64,000 nucleotides of DNA from Thermodesulfobacteriota bacterium (GTDB lineage: Bacteria > Desulfobacterota > Desulfobulbia > Desulfobulbales > SURF-16): positions 58,991-122,990 of the forward strand of contig JBDLIE010000004.1 of NCBI GenBank assembly GCA_039715015.1, in the 5' to 3' direction. The notes beneath the pieces are model-generated. The model searched no databases, was not told the origin of the DNA, and was given only the letters and a program-made list of their open reading frames with translations. Positions 8,072 to 18,071 of the stretch are shown one piece after another. The translations under genes and the position numbers were made by a program. How positions within the stretch are numbered: the first letter of the stretch is position 1; each line of letters starts with the position of its first letter.

Positions 8072-8608
8072 ATGCTTACAATATCAAAGTTCTTGGCGCT
8101 TTTTGCCAGTCTGAACAAGTGGCAGAGCAACGATTTCAGGAGTTGGATTTTTGAGGCGGGAATGAACTATGGTGACCAGGAATTTTGGTGGCCGTCACAG
8201 AGACAAAAACGTCCTGCCAGTCATGAAGGAATCGATTTTTTCTGTTATGAAGATGCTCACGGCGGCAAAAGATTCTTAGATCAGGCCAAGGTGCCCTGCC
8301 CATCTGACGGGCAGGTTGTCGCTGTCTGTAAGGATTTTCTTGGCGAGACTGTTTTTGTGGCTACTGCCGACCAGACTGACCCCATTGACCTGTTTGTCTT
8401 TGCCCATCTCGTTCCCCGGATAGAATTAGGACAGGCCGTGCGAGGCGCTGACGCTGTTGGTGTCATCGCGCCGGGTTCAGATAAGGTGCCTGGCCATCTT
8501 CATGTCTCTGCCTTGCAGGGAGATTGGCATGATTTGCCCCGGGATTTAAGCTGGCCAGCCCTTAACGCGCAAAAAAAGCTTCAGTTTGTTTACCCCTTTT
8601 TACAATAA
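8072..8608 (+). CDS. M23-peptidase-like protein
   Basis: HEGID (HxxxD) and HLH zinc motifs, DGQVV and FAHL segments. Confidence 0.6.
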   Translation: MLTISKFLALFASLNKWQSNDFRSWIFEAGMNYGDQEFWWPSQRQKRPASHEGIDFFCYEDAHGGKRFLDQAKVPCPSDGQVVAVCKDFLGETVFVATADQTDPIDLFVFAHLVPRIELGQAVRGADAVGVIAPGSDKVPGHLHVSALQGDWHDLPRDLSWPALNAQKKLQFVYPFLQ

Positions 8609-8632
8609 TTTCAGATATGGACTTGTTAAATT

Positions 8633-9121
8633 ATGGCGGATGATAAGAGAAAAATTGAGAGGAAGTTTATTCCCAGCCTGCGGGAAGGGGTTGATGTGGT
8701 GCGGATGATTTTCTTTAAGCAAATGCGCGATCATTTTGCTGAAACGTCCCCAGGTCAGGAGCCACAATTCTATGGGATGTTGGCTGGCGCTGTAATGAAT
8801 GAGCTTTTTGGTACCCCTAATCCCGAAAAGACATTTAGCGCTTTTGTTGCTGAGAATAAGGAGAGAATTGATGAGGAACTCTCCAACCTGGCCACGAATT
8901 TCAAGGAGCTGCGTATTCCTCTCACAGATGCCTTACGCATCCATTATTTATGTAATTACCAGGAAGAAATTGATGGCGATGAGGCCGCTGTGCTGGCGCG
9001 GGCGCGGGACATAGGCGTTCTCATGGAAGAACGTGATGTTCCCCTTCCCAAGGGTTTTATGGAACTTGTCTACAGGGTTGGCAAGGCCCATGGTCTCATT
9101 AAAGAACAGGCTCCCTCCTGA
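8633..9121 (+). CDS. Hypothetical helical protein
   Basis: 162-aa ORF with typical codon usage that fits between neighbours. Confidence 0.7.
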   Translation: MADDKRKIERKFIPSLREGVDVVRMIFFKQMRDHFAETSPGQEPQFYGMLAGAVMNELFGTPNPEKTFSAFVAENKERIDEELSNLATNFKELRIPLTDALRIHYLCNYQEEIDGDEAAVLARARDIGVLMEERDVPLPKGFMELVYRVGKAHGLIKEQAPS

Positions 9122-9140
9122 GAAAAGAGGAGGCGCGAAA

Positions 9141-10955
9141 CTATTGTTCCTGGGCCTCCAGGCCTGCTTGTAGTTTCTCCAATTCGTCCCAGCGCACGTA
9201 AAGATTATCAACCTTTTCCTGCCAGGTGGTGAGTTGGCTGCACCAATGCCCGAGGCTTTCTGGGTCAGCCATCACCTCCGGGTCCTCAACCTTGTTCTGG
9301 CAGGATTCTAACTCCTGCTCTGCTTTGAGGATAACGTCTTCTATTTCATCCAGCTCCTTTTGTTCTTTGTAGGAGAGCTTTTTCTTAGGGCCCTGTTTCT
9401 TCTTTTTGACAACAGGCTTTTTGGCCTTTGGCCGCGACTCATCTTGTTCAAGACTTGTCAACCATTGGCGGTAATCACCAAAAAGGTCAGCCTTATGGCC
9501 CTGCCTGCTGAAACCAATAATCTGGTTTGTAATATTATCGAGGAAGGTTCGGTCATGACTGACCAGGACCAAAGCGCCGGGGAATTCAAGAAGGCTTTCT
9601 TCAAGGACGTTTATCGAGCTGATATCCAGGTCATTGGTGGGTTCATCAAGAAGGAGGATGTCTGCCTCTTTTAGCATGAATCTGGCAATGAGGATACGGG
9701 CCTGCTCGCCACCTGAAAGATGGGAAACAGGCATTTCCAGCTGGTCTGCTTGGAAAAGAAAACGTTTTGCCCATCCCGCCACATGAATGCTCCGCCCCTG
9801 GTAAATGACGCTGTCCCCATCAGGGGCCAAGGCTCGTCGCAACGACTGATCTTGGTCAAGATCTTCGCGTTTTTGGTCAAACAGGGAAACCTTGAGGCCA
9901 TCTGCCCGGCTTATCTGGCCCCTGTCGCACTCAACTGTGCCAAAAAGAATATTCATCAAGGTTGTTTTGCCGCAACCATTGTTGCCGGCCAGGCCCAATC
10001 GAGTACCTGGACCAAGGTCAAAAGAGAGGCCTGAGAACAGGATATTTTCCCCCACCTTTTTTTCTATTTCCTGGGCAGAGAGGAGTTTTTTAGTCCGGCG
10101 TCCTGTTCCGCTGACATCGATTTGCAGTTGTTTTTCCGACTGATTGCGCTGACGCACTTGTGAGAGTTCGTCCTGCAGACGGTGTGCCTCATCAATACGA
10201 TATCTGGCCTTGGTTGTGCGTGCCTTTGGTCCGCGCTGTAACCATTCCACCTCCCTTCGCACCTTATTGGCAAGGCTGGCCTCCATCTCTTGCTGCGATT
10301 CCAGAAAGAGGCCACGTTTTTCTAAAAAATGGCTGTAGTTGCCTGGAAAGCTGAGAAAGCCGTCAGGGTAGCAACGGTTAAGTTCAATGATTCGGTTGCT
10401 GACATTTTCCAGGAAGAGACGGTCATGACTGACAAGAACAAAGGCAAAGGGTGCATCGTGCAGTATTTTCTCAAGCCAGAGAATAGAGCTGATATCCAGG
10501 TGGTTTGTGGGCTCGTCGAGAAGAAGAAGATCCGGTTCCTGGGCCAAAGCCCGGGCAATACTTAAGCGCTTGAGCCAGCCGCCAGAGAGTGATGACACCT
10601 TAGCCTGAGGATCAGGAAATTCAGCCTGGCTTAAAGCCATCCGGGCCATGAGTATCCTTTGATCATCTTCCTGGTCGGCAAGAGACTCTTCAATAATCTC
10701 AGTAACGCTTTTGACATTATCGAAATCTTCATTTTGGCTGAGGTAGACCACTCGCATTTGTTTTGATAAGAAAAGGTGGCCATCGTCTGGTTCAATGATA
10801 CTGGCCAGAATGGCAAGGAGGGTCGATTTGCCGGAACCGTTGGGGCCGATCAGGCCGGTTTTCGTTTTGAGCTCAAAGCTGAGCGAAATACCAGTAAACA
10901 GAGTATGGGCGCCAAATGATTTTTTGATGTTTTGGCAGCTAAGTATATGGGACAT
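9141..10955 (-). CDS. uup: ABC-F family ATPase, Uup-like
   Basis: Two ABC cassettes (GPNGSGKST/LSGG/LDEPTNHLD; GNNGCGKTT/LSGGE/LDEPTNDLD), WLQRGPKARTTK linker, KLSYKEQKEL C-terminal domain. Confidence 0.88.
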   Translation of the reverse strand: MSHILSCQNIKKSFGAHTLFTGISLSFELKTKTGLIGPNGSGKSTLLAILASIIEPDDGHLFLSKQMRVVYLSQNEDFDNVKSVTEIIEESLADQEDDQRILMARMALSQAEFPDPQAKVSSLSGGWLKRLSIARALAQEPDLLLLDEPTNHLDISSILWLEKILHDAPFAFVLVSHDRLFLENVSNRIIELNRCYPDGFLSFPGNYSHFLEKRGLFLESQQEMEASLANKVRREVEWLQRGPKARTTKARYRIDEAHRLQDELSQVRQRNQSEKQLQIDVSGTGRRTKKLLSAQEIEKKVGENILFSGLSFDLGPGTRLGLAGNNGCGKTTLMNILFGTVECDRGQISRADGLKVSLFDQKREDLDQDQSLRRALAPDGDSVIYQGRSIHVAGWAKRFLFQADQLEMPVSHLSGGEQARILIARFMLKEADILLLDEPTNDLDISSINVLEESLLEFPGALVLVSHDRTFLDNITNQIIGFSRQGHKADLFGDYRQWLTSLEQDESRPKAKKPVVKKKKQGPKKKLSYKEQKELDEIEDVILKAEQELESCQNKVEDPEVMADPESLGHWCSQLTTWQEKVDNLYVRWDELEKLQAGLEAQEQ

Positions 10956-11202
10956 GAATTGCGAAGTAAGAAAAAGAAGAATTGGCTATAGGCTTGGAGT
11001 GCCATGAGCAGGGAAATATTTACCTGAAATGTAAATATTTTTTTTGTCCACTGCCATAATAAAGTAGAATAAATTACTGATTGCCACTCAATTCTGCGAA
11101 GGAGCCCCATTTTTATGGGCGTTTGTTTGGCGGTTTTGAGAAAAAAGAGAGAAACGCTCTTAAAAGAAAAAGGTTTTATAAAGAAAAAATTCCGAGGAGA
11201 CC

Positions 11203-11742
11203 ATGGCAGAACCAACCGTTACCATCGATGTCATAGCGAATATTTTTGCCCTTGCAGCTAAAAAGACCTTAGAAAAGAGCACCAAAAAGAAGATTACCTA
11301 TTCTTCCACGTTTGTTGCTGTTCCAAAGGTGTGCTTGAAACCGGATCTTGGCAGTTTTGTCCAATTTTCAGGAGACTATATGGGGTTGGTGGTCATGAAT
11401 TTTACAGCTGAGGCGGCATTGGATCTCTATCGCAGTTATATGCTGACCATGGGACTTCCGGAGAGTGAACTTGCCAAGGAGGCCACCTCAAGCGAGGTGG
11501 TGGATACCATTGGTGAGCTTACCAACCAGATCATGGGGCGTGCCATGCAGATGGTGGAGGCGAAATTTGACCTTACCTCCTATTTTGGCCAGCCCAAGGC
11601 ACTTTCCTTAAACAGTGCCATTACCCTAACGCCTGATCTCGATTATCAGGATAACCGCCGGGTGGCCATGAATATTGCCACCAACCGCTTCCAAATCGAA
11701 CTGGCTTTGGAAAAACTCGAATTTATCGCCACTGGCAAATAG
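11203..11742 (+). CDS. CheX/CheC-like protein (DUF3334-like)
   Basis: FVQFSGDYMGLVVMNF and DTIGELTNQIMG (ExxN motif). Confidence 0.7.
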   Translation: MAEPTVTIDVIANIFALAAKKTLEKSTKKKITYSSTFVAVPKVCLKPDLGSFVQFSGDYMGLVVMNFTAEAALDLYRSYMLTMGLPESELAKEATSSEVVDTIGELTNQIMGRAMQMVEAKFDLTSYFGQPKALSLNSAITLTPDLDYQDNRRVAMNIATNRFQIELALEKLEFIATGK

Positions 11743-11794
11743 AATATTAGCTTTAAAGATAAAAGTTGTCCCTGCGGAAGACAACTCTGTGAAC

Positions 11795-11829
11795 CCGGCT
11801 TTGGGCAATGACTCAAGCCGGTTTTTTTT
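11795..11829 (+). terminator. Rho-independent terminator
   Basis: CCGGCTT...AAGCCGG-T8. Confidence 0.7.
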
Positions 11830-12161
11830 ATGCATTTTTTTCATCGCCATGGGCCCAGAAAATGGCTGGACAATAAACGTTATTGTCTTATTGTTGAATG
11901 ATCTGATAATTGGTGCATTTATGATGGTAAGACCTTGTTTTAGCTATTTTAAAATAGGTAAGAGTGCAGTATATTTTCCCCACGTGAATCAAATGGCTGT
12001 AATTTCAGGTCATTACCAATAATTCGAATTCAATTTTTTTATTTTTAGGCCCCTGCTGCACAGGTCCCAGGAAGGACTTAAAAAGGTCTTTTCGGGGACT
12101 GTGCCAAAATGCCCAGTTAGATAGGGCCTTAGGGTCGATACTTTTTTTAGGAGGTAGTACC

Positions 12162-13112
12162 ATGGCAGGATGTGGAGGCGGCTCCAGTTGCGATAGCGGC
12201 AGCTGCGGTTCGGTAGACGCAAGTATAGCCCAGCAGGACATGGCAATTTCGTCATCCCTCGGGCGCATTAAGAATAAAATACTGGTTATGAGTGGTAAGG
12301 GCGGGGTGGGAAAATCCACTGTGTCTGTCAACCTTGCCCTTGGCCTGGCTAATCGCGGCTATAAGGTGGGGCTGATGGATGTTGATCTCCATGGGCCTGA
12401 TATCTGCCGGATGCTCAACCTCACGGAGCGGCTGATGGATGCCAATATCAAAAAGGATGGCTTGCTCCCTCCTATGATGTATGGCGAAAATCTCAAGGTT
12501 ATTTCCCTTGAGTATATGATGGAAAATCGTGATGACCCTGTTATCTGGCGCGGCCCTTTAAAGGTGCAGGCCATCAGGCAGTTTATTGCCGATCTCGACT
12601 GGGGTGATCTTGACTATCTGGTCATTGATGCTCCTCCAGGAACCGGCGATGAGCCTCTTTCCGTGGCCCAAAATATTAAGGATGCCCAGGCCGTTGTTGT
12701 TACTACTCCTCAGGAGGTAGCCCTGGCAGATGTCCGCAAATCTTTGAACTTCTGTAAGCACGTCAAGATGGATGTCGTAGGTATGGTTGAAAATATGAGT
12801 GGTTTTGTCTGCCCCCATTGCAGCAAGACCGTGGAAATCTTCAAGAGCGGTGGCGGTGAAAAAACAGCCAAAGATTTCAAGTTGAATTTTCTCGGTAAGA
12901 TTCCTGTGGACCCAAAGGTAGTAGTTGCCGGTGATGATGGCGCCCCCTATCTGAGTTCAAAGGGCGACAGCCCTGCCATTACCGCCTTCACACATGTTGT
13001 TGATAATGTCGAAAAGGTGTTTAGTAAGAAAAAAGTGTCTCTGGCCATGGCTGACTCTGGTTCCGACTGCGGCTGCGGTGGCACCTGCAACCCCGATACC
13101 TGCGACTGTTAA
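12162..13112 (+). CDS. mrp: Mrp/ApbC/NBP35 Fe-S cluster carrier ATPase
   Basis: SGKGGVGKST, DVDLHGP, VIWRGP, DAPPGTGD, ENMSGFVCPHC. Confidence 0.93.
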   Translation: MAGCGGGSSCDSGSCGSVDASIAQQDMAISSSLGRIKNKILVMSGKGGVGKSTVSVNLALGLANRGYKVGLMDVDLHGPDICRMLNLTERLMDANIKKDGLLPPMMYGENLKVISLEYMMENRDDPVIWRGPLKVQAIRQFIADLDWGDLDYLVIDAPPGTGDEPLSVAQNIKDAQAVVVTTPQEVALADVRKSLNFCKHVKMDVVGMVENMSGFVCPHCSKTVEIFKSGGGEKTAKDFKLNFLGKIPVDPKVVVAGDDGAPYLSSKGDSPAITAFTHVVDNVEKVFSKKKVSLAMADSGSDCGCGGTCNPDTCDC

Positions 13113-13138
13113 AGTCGATTTCGTACGTAGGTTTTTCC

Positions 13139-13178
13139 GGCCACCAGGCAGATAAAGTTCTTTATCTGCCTGGTGGCC
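13139..13178. repeat. Perfect 19-bp inverted repeat between mrp and the MBL gene
   Basis: GGCCACCAGGCAGATAAAG-TT-CTTTATCTGCCTGGTGGCC. Confidence 0.8.
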
Positions 13179-13212
13179 TCTTCAATTTTTAAGTTCTAGA
13201 GGTGAAAAGACC

Positions 13213-13848
13213 GTGTTGATCAGACAGAAAGTGGTGGGGTCCATGGCCGTATGCTGTTACGTCCTGGGCTGTGAGGAAACCAAAAAGGGAGTCGTTGTTG
13301 ATCCAGGTGGTGATGAGGAGAGTATCCTTGCTCTTTGTGAGCAGGAGGGCTTGAACATTGAATATGTCATTGCCACCCATGGCCATCCTGACCATGTCTG
13401 TGGTAACCGGAAAATAAAAGAGGCCACCGGCGCCCAGATCATTATGCATGGCGACGACGACGCTTTTTTTGGCAAGCCGGAGGTTCAGCAATATTTTTCA
13501 ATGCTGGGGCTTGAGGCTTCACCACCCGCCGACATTCTCGTAAAGGATGGCGACACCATTACCTTTGGCAACCAAAGCCTTAAGGTCTTTCACACCCCGG
13601 GCCATACCCCTGGAGGCATCTGTCTATACAGCGGCACCGATCTTTTTACCGGTGATACCCTTTTTGTCGGGGCCATTGGCCGCACCGATTTCCCTGGTGG
13701 CGATATGGGGCAATTCATGAAATCCATCCAGGAAAAGCTTCTCACCCTTCCTGACGACACCGTGGTCTGGCCCGGGCATGGCTATGGCGGCTCCAAATCC
13801 ACCATCGGAGAGGAAAAACGCTCCAACCCCTTCATAACCGGAGCTTAA
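13213..13848 (+). CDS. Metallo-beta-lactamase-fold hydrolase (glyoxalase II/YcbL-like)
   Basis: THGHPDH, HTPGHTPG, FTGDTLF, GRTDFPGG, PGHG. Confidence 0.92.
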   Translation: MLIRQKVVGSMAVCCYVLGCEETKKGVVVDPGGDEESILALCEQEGLNIEYVIATHGHPDHVCGNRKIKEATGAQIIMHGDDDAFFGKPEVQQYFSMLGLEASPPADILVKDGDTITFGNQSLKVFHTPGHTPGGICLYSGTDLFTGDTLFVGAIGRTDFPGGDMGQFMKSIQEKLLTLPDDTVVWPGHGYGGSKSTIGEEKRSNPFITGA

Positions 13849-13849
13849 G

Positions 13850-15763
13850 ATGCGGGAGATCGTCCTTGGCACAGCCGGTCATGTTGACCATGGCAAGACA
13901 AGTCTTGTCCGGGCCCTGTCTGGCATTGAGACCGACCGTCTTAAAGAGGAAAAAAAGCGCGGAATCACCATTGAGTTGGGTTTTGCCTTCCTTGATCTGC
14001 CCTGTGGCCACCGGCTGGGAATTGTTGATGTGCCTGGCCATGAAAAGTTTGTCAAAAACATGGTGGCCGGTGCCAGCGGCATTGACCTGGTGGCCTTTGT
14101 CATTGCTGCCGATGAAGGCATTATGCCCCAAACCCGGGAGCATTTTGAGATTTGCCGCCTGCTGGGTGTTGATAAGGGGCTCATTGTTGTCACCAAAAAG
14201 GATATGGTTGAGCCTGATTGGCTGGAGCTTGTTGAAGAGGAGATTCGTGATTTTTTCAACGATACCTTTCTCGAAGAGGCGCCCCTGGTTACAGTTTCTT
14301 CAACCACGGGCGATGGTATTGATGATGTAAAGAGTGTCCTTGATTCCCTGGTGTCCCAATGTGATTTTACAGAGGCCCATGGCCCTTTTCGTCTTCCTGT
14401 GGACCGCGTTTTTGCCATGAAGGGTTTTGGCGCTGTTGTCACTGGTACTTCGATCAGTGGCCGCATCAATGTCGGTGATGAGGTGGAGATTTTTCCCCAT
14501 CATCAATATGGTAAAATTCGCGGTATTCAGAGTCATAGCCAAAGCGTTGATATGGTGGAGGCCGGCAAGAGAACCGCCATCAACGTCCAGGGTGTCGAGA
14601 AGGAGCATATCCATCGCGGCAATATGTTGGTGACGCCCGGTTGCTTGGAACCCACCTATATGCTTGATACCAGTTTTCTCTATCTCTCATCCTGTGAGAA
14701 ACCCCTGAAAAACAGGACCAGGGTGCGTGTTCACCTGGGATCTGCAGAGATCATGGGCCGGGTGGTCTTGCTCGAAGACGAAGTGTTGGCCCCAGGTGTG
14801 GAAACAAATGTCCAGATCCTGCTTGAAGAGCCCGTTGGTGTCTGGCCTGGGGATCATTATGTGGTCCGCAGCTACTCGCCGGTGGCCACCATTGGCGGTG
14901 GCGTGGTTTATTCCGTATCGCCTCGCAAGCGTCGCCGTTTCAAACCGGAAAATGAGCAGGCCTTTAAGGTCTATGGCCAGGATGACCAGGAAGAACTCTT
15001 TCTTCTTCACCTGCGGGAAAGCGGCTATAAAGGCCTGACCATGGCTGAGCTTGGTGTCAAAACCGGCATCTTTGGTAATCGTCTCCAGAAAATGCTCAAA
15101 ACACCCATCTCGGCCAGGAAGATTATGGTGATCGACTCCGAGCGTAAGCTCATGGTGAGTCAGGACCGGTTTGACGACCTGGCCCAGGCCATTACCGAGG
15201 CCCTTGCCTTGTATCATCAGGACAACCCCTTAAAAACAGGTCTTGCCAAGGAAGAGCTGCGCTCCAAGCTCTTTGGGGCTCAGGAAAACAAAATTTTTCA
15301 GGCTGTTTTAAATAATCTTCTCAAAAAAGAGGTGATTGCCTCAGAGGATTCCTTGGTTCGCATGGCCGATCATAAGGTGGTCCTTCAAGCCGATGAAAAA
15401 GAGGTGCAGGCCGATATGCTAGCCATGTACGAGAAGGCAGGTCTCACCACGCCCACCTATAAAGAGGTTCTTGCCCGCTTTGCCGACCTTTCCCCTGATT
15501 TTGTCAAGGAGATGGTCGGCGTCCTCGTCAAGGATGGGAAGCTGGTGAAGGTAAATGAGGATCTCTATTTTTATAAGGATCATCTTGGCAAACTGCAGGA
15601 TGATCTTATTGCCTTTATTAAGGCCGAAGGCGACATTGATGCCCCTCGTTTTAAAGGCCTCACCGGCCTGACCCGCAAATTCTCTATTCCGCTCCTTGAG
15701 TATTTTGATAAGGAGAAGGTGACGTTGCGGGTGGGTGATACCCGCATCCTGCGCGACAATTAA
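13850..15763 (+). CDS. selB: Selenocysteine-specific translation elongation factor
   Basis: [30 protein letters not shown]-terminal winged helix [14 protein letters not shown]. Confidence 0.97.
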   Translation: MREIVLGTAGHVDHGKTSLVRALSGIETDRLKEEKKRGITIELGFAFLDLPCGHRLGIVDVPGHEKFVKNMVAGASGIDLVAFVIAADEGIMPQTREHFEICRLLGVDKGLIVVTKKDMVEPDWLELVEEEIRDFFNDTFLEEAPLVTVSSTTGDGIDDVKSVLDSLVSQCDFTEAHGPFRLPVDRVFAMKGFGAVVTGTSISGRINVGDEVEIFPHHQYGKIRGIQSHSQSVDMVEAGKRTAINVQGVEKEHIHRGNMLVTPGCLEPTYMLDTSFLYLSSCEKPLKNRTRVRVHLGSAEIMGRVVLLEDEVLAPGVETNVQILLEEPVGVWPGDHYVVRSYSPVATIGGGVVYSVSPRKRRRFKPENEQAFKVYGQDDQEELFLLHLRESGYKGLTMAELGVKTGIFGNRLQKMLKTPISARKIMVIDSERKLMVSQDRFDDLAQAITEALALYHQDNPLKTGLAKEELRSKLFGAQENKIFQAVLNNLLKKEVIASEDSLVRMADHKVVLQADEKEVQADMLAMYEKAGLTTPTYKEVLARFADLSPDFVKEMVGVLVKDGKLVKVNEDLYFYKDHLGKLQDDLIAFIKAEGDIDAPRFKGLTGLTRKFSIPLLEYFDKEKVTLRVGDTRILRDN

Positions 15764-15785
15764 GAGCAGCTCCGGAGATAAGGAC

Positions 15786-17417
15786 ATCGGCAAGATCAGC
15801 GGCAACACATCGGGACTAAAGACTGCCCAGTTACGACGCCTGGAGCGTCTATCCAAGCGAAGAGTTCCCCCGGAACTGGTGATCAGTCCGGAAATGGCGC
15901 GGGAGATGGCAGAGATTTCCACTGAGCTTAACCGCCAGCTTGGGGTTCTTATTTCTCGAAACGGTGAGGTGGAGACCGTCATTTTAGGCGATCACCGTCA
16001 GATTGTTATCCCTATTTTAAGCCATCTGCGCTCCACCAGCGGCCGCTTAAAGGGGGTGCGCTGTATCCATACCCATTTGGCCGGAGAGAAAATCAGTCAG
16101 GATGACCTGATGGACCTTCTCTTTTTACGGCTTGATCTCATGTCTATCATTATGGTCAGCAATGGCCTTCCTGATAAGCTGCATAGCGTCCATCTCGTTC
16201 CCAATCCAGGTCAGGGGGAAGACTGGCATTTTCTGCCTTCGGTTGCCCTCAGCGCCCAAGGCGGCGATGTCCGAGAGCTGATCTCCTCACTGGAACAGGA
16301 GTTTTCCCGCTATAAGCCGATCAGGGAGGTGGATAAAGGCACTGATCGGGCCATTTTGGTCAGTGTTACCACCAGCAGCAAGGCCAAGGCGCAGGAATCC
16401 ATGGATGAACTCTGCGAGTTGGTCCGTTCAGCCGATGTCCAGGTCGAAGAGACAGTTATTCAGCGCCGTCATAAGATTAATCCCCGCCTCATTCTCGGGA
16501 AGGGCAAGCTCAGCGAGATTATGCTTCTTGCTCTGCGTCACAATGCCAATCTGCTTATTTTTGACCAGGAACTTAATCCCTCTCAGGTCAACTCCATTAT
16601 TACCCATACTGATCTGCGGGTTATTGACCGTACCCAGCTCATTCTTGATATTTTTGCAAGCCGAGCCCTGAGCCGGGAAGGCAAACTGCAGATTGAAATG
16701 GCCCAGCTCAAATATCTGCGGCCCCGTCTTGGTCTTCGTGATGATTCACTTTCCCGTTTGACTGGCGGTATTGGCGGCCGCGGACCTGGTGAAACTAAGC
16801 TTGAGATTGACCGGCGCCGTATGAATGACCGGTTGGCACGACTAAATAAGGAGTTAAAGAAGGTTGCCAAAGAGAGATACCGGCGCCGGTCCAGACGGCG
16901 GAAAAAGGATCTGCCGGTGATCAGCCTGGTGGGCTATACAAATGCCGGCAAGTCTACTTTGCTTAACACCCTTACTCAGAGTAAGATCTTAGCGGAGGAT
17001 AAACTATTCGCCACCCTGGACCCGACAAGCAGGCGCCTACGTTTTCCTGAGGATGTTGAGGTCGTGGTCACCGACACAGTGGGTTTTATCCGACATCTCC
17101 CTGATGAGCTGCTGCAGGCATTTAAAGCCACCCTGGAAGAACTCCACGAGGCAGACTTGCTCATCCATGTTATTGATATTTCAAATCCTCGTTTTGCTGA
17201 TCAGATAAAGGTCGTGGAGGATATTCTCCATGATCTCGATCTGGGTGATATCGCTGTGCTGAAAGTTTTCAATAAAATTGATCAGGTGGAATCTTCCTAT
17301 GTCAGGGACCAGCTCCGCATCCATGGCGGTATTGCCATCAGTGCCCTTGATTCCAGCACCTTTACAACCCTGATGCATGAGGCTCGGAAAAGGGTGATGA
17401 AGGAGTGGCTGGCATGA
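15786..17417 (+). CDS. hflX: GTPase HflX, long N-terminal form; probable ATC start
   Basis: GNTSGLK N-terminus, DRTQLILDIF, GGRGPGETKLE, GYTNAGKST, FATLDPT, DTVGF, NKID; start inferred from GGAG-N8-ATC. Confidence 0.93.
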   Translation: MGKISGNTSGLKTAQLRRLERLSKRRVPPELVISPEMAREMAEISTELNRQLGVLISRNGEVETVILGDHRQIVIPILSHLRSTSGRLKGVRCIHTHLAGEKISQDDLMDLLFLRLDLMSIIMVSNGLPDKLHSVHLVPNPGQGEDWHFLPSVALSAQGGDVRELISSLEQEFSRYKPIREVDKGTDRAILVSVTTSSKAKAQESMDELCELVRSADVQVEETVIQRRHKINPRLILGKGKLSEIMLLALRHNANLLIFDQELNPSQVNSIITHTDLRVIDRTQLILDIFASRALSREGKLQIEMAQLKYLRPRLGLRDDSLSRLTGGIGGRGPGETKLEIDRRRMNDRLARLNKELKKVAKERYRRRSRRRKKDLPVISLVGYTNAGKSTLLNTLTQSKILAEDKLFATLDPTSRRLRFPEDVEVVVTDTVGFIRHLPDELLQAFKATLEELHEADLLIHVIDISNPRFADQIKVVEDILHDLDLGDIAVLKVFNKIDQVESSYVRDQLRIHGGIAISALDSSTFTTLMHEARKRVMKEWLA

Positions 17418-18016
17418 GGCTCGGCAGAAGATTCCTGCAAAGAATTTTTCTCATGCTTTTGCTGCTGTTTTCAGTGGCTTTTGCTGAGGCCCAGGGCGCT
17501 GAAAAGGCCCGCATCAAAGAAAGCTTTGTGGTCAACTCGCATACGGAACTGCTTCTCTATTTTACCCTTGATGGGGCCATAAGCTCTGAAATGGAAAAGG
17601 GCATCTTAAATGGTATCCCTGTGACCTTTGCTTTTTTTGTCGAACTCTATGAACATGTGGAGGGCAAAGGCCCTGTGCAGCTGGTCACGAGAAATCTTCA
17701 GCACACCCTCTATTTTGAGACCTTGAAAGAGGTTTTTACCCTGGAGCAAACAGAACAGAGTGGGAAAAGCACTCTTTATAAAAATCTAGACGAGGCCACC
17801 CTGGCCTTGCTTCGGGTTCATGACTTGCCAGTAACTGACCTGGCTCTTTTGAAGCCCGGTTTGACATATAGTATCAAAATCAAGGCTGAACTTGCGAAAC
17901 AGGGAATGCCGGAAAAATTTAAGAACGTCATGACATTTCTGAAGATCTGGTATTTTGAGACAGAGTGGAAGGAAGTTTTATTTACCATGGCGGCCGGAAC
18001 ATCTTCGGAGCAATAA
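17414..18016 (+). CDS. Exported protein, DUF4390-like
   Basis: Signal peptide, GIPVTFAF segment, position before an ntrY-like kinase; ATGA overlap with hflX. Confidence 0.72.
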   Translation: MRLGRRFLQRIFLMLLLLFSVAFAEAQGAEKARIKESFVVNSHTELLLYFTLDGAISSEMEKGILNGIPVTFAFFVELYEHVEGKGPVQLVTRNLQHTLYFETLKEVFTLEQTEQSGKSTLYKNLDEATLALLRVHDLPVTDLALLKPGLTYSIKIKAELAKQGMPEKFKNVMTFLKIWYFETEWKEVLFTMAAGTSSEQ

Positions 18017-18071
18017 GAGCGTGAATGAGAGCTTTTATGGCTCTATGGGCCAAGCAAGCTGAGAAATCATT

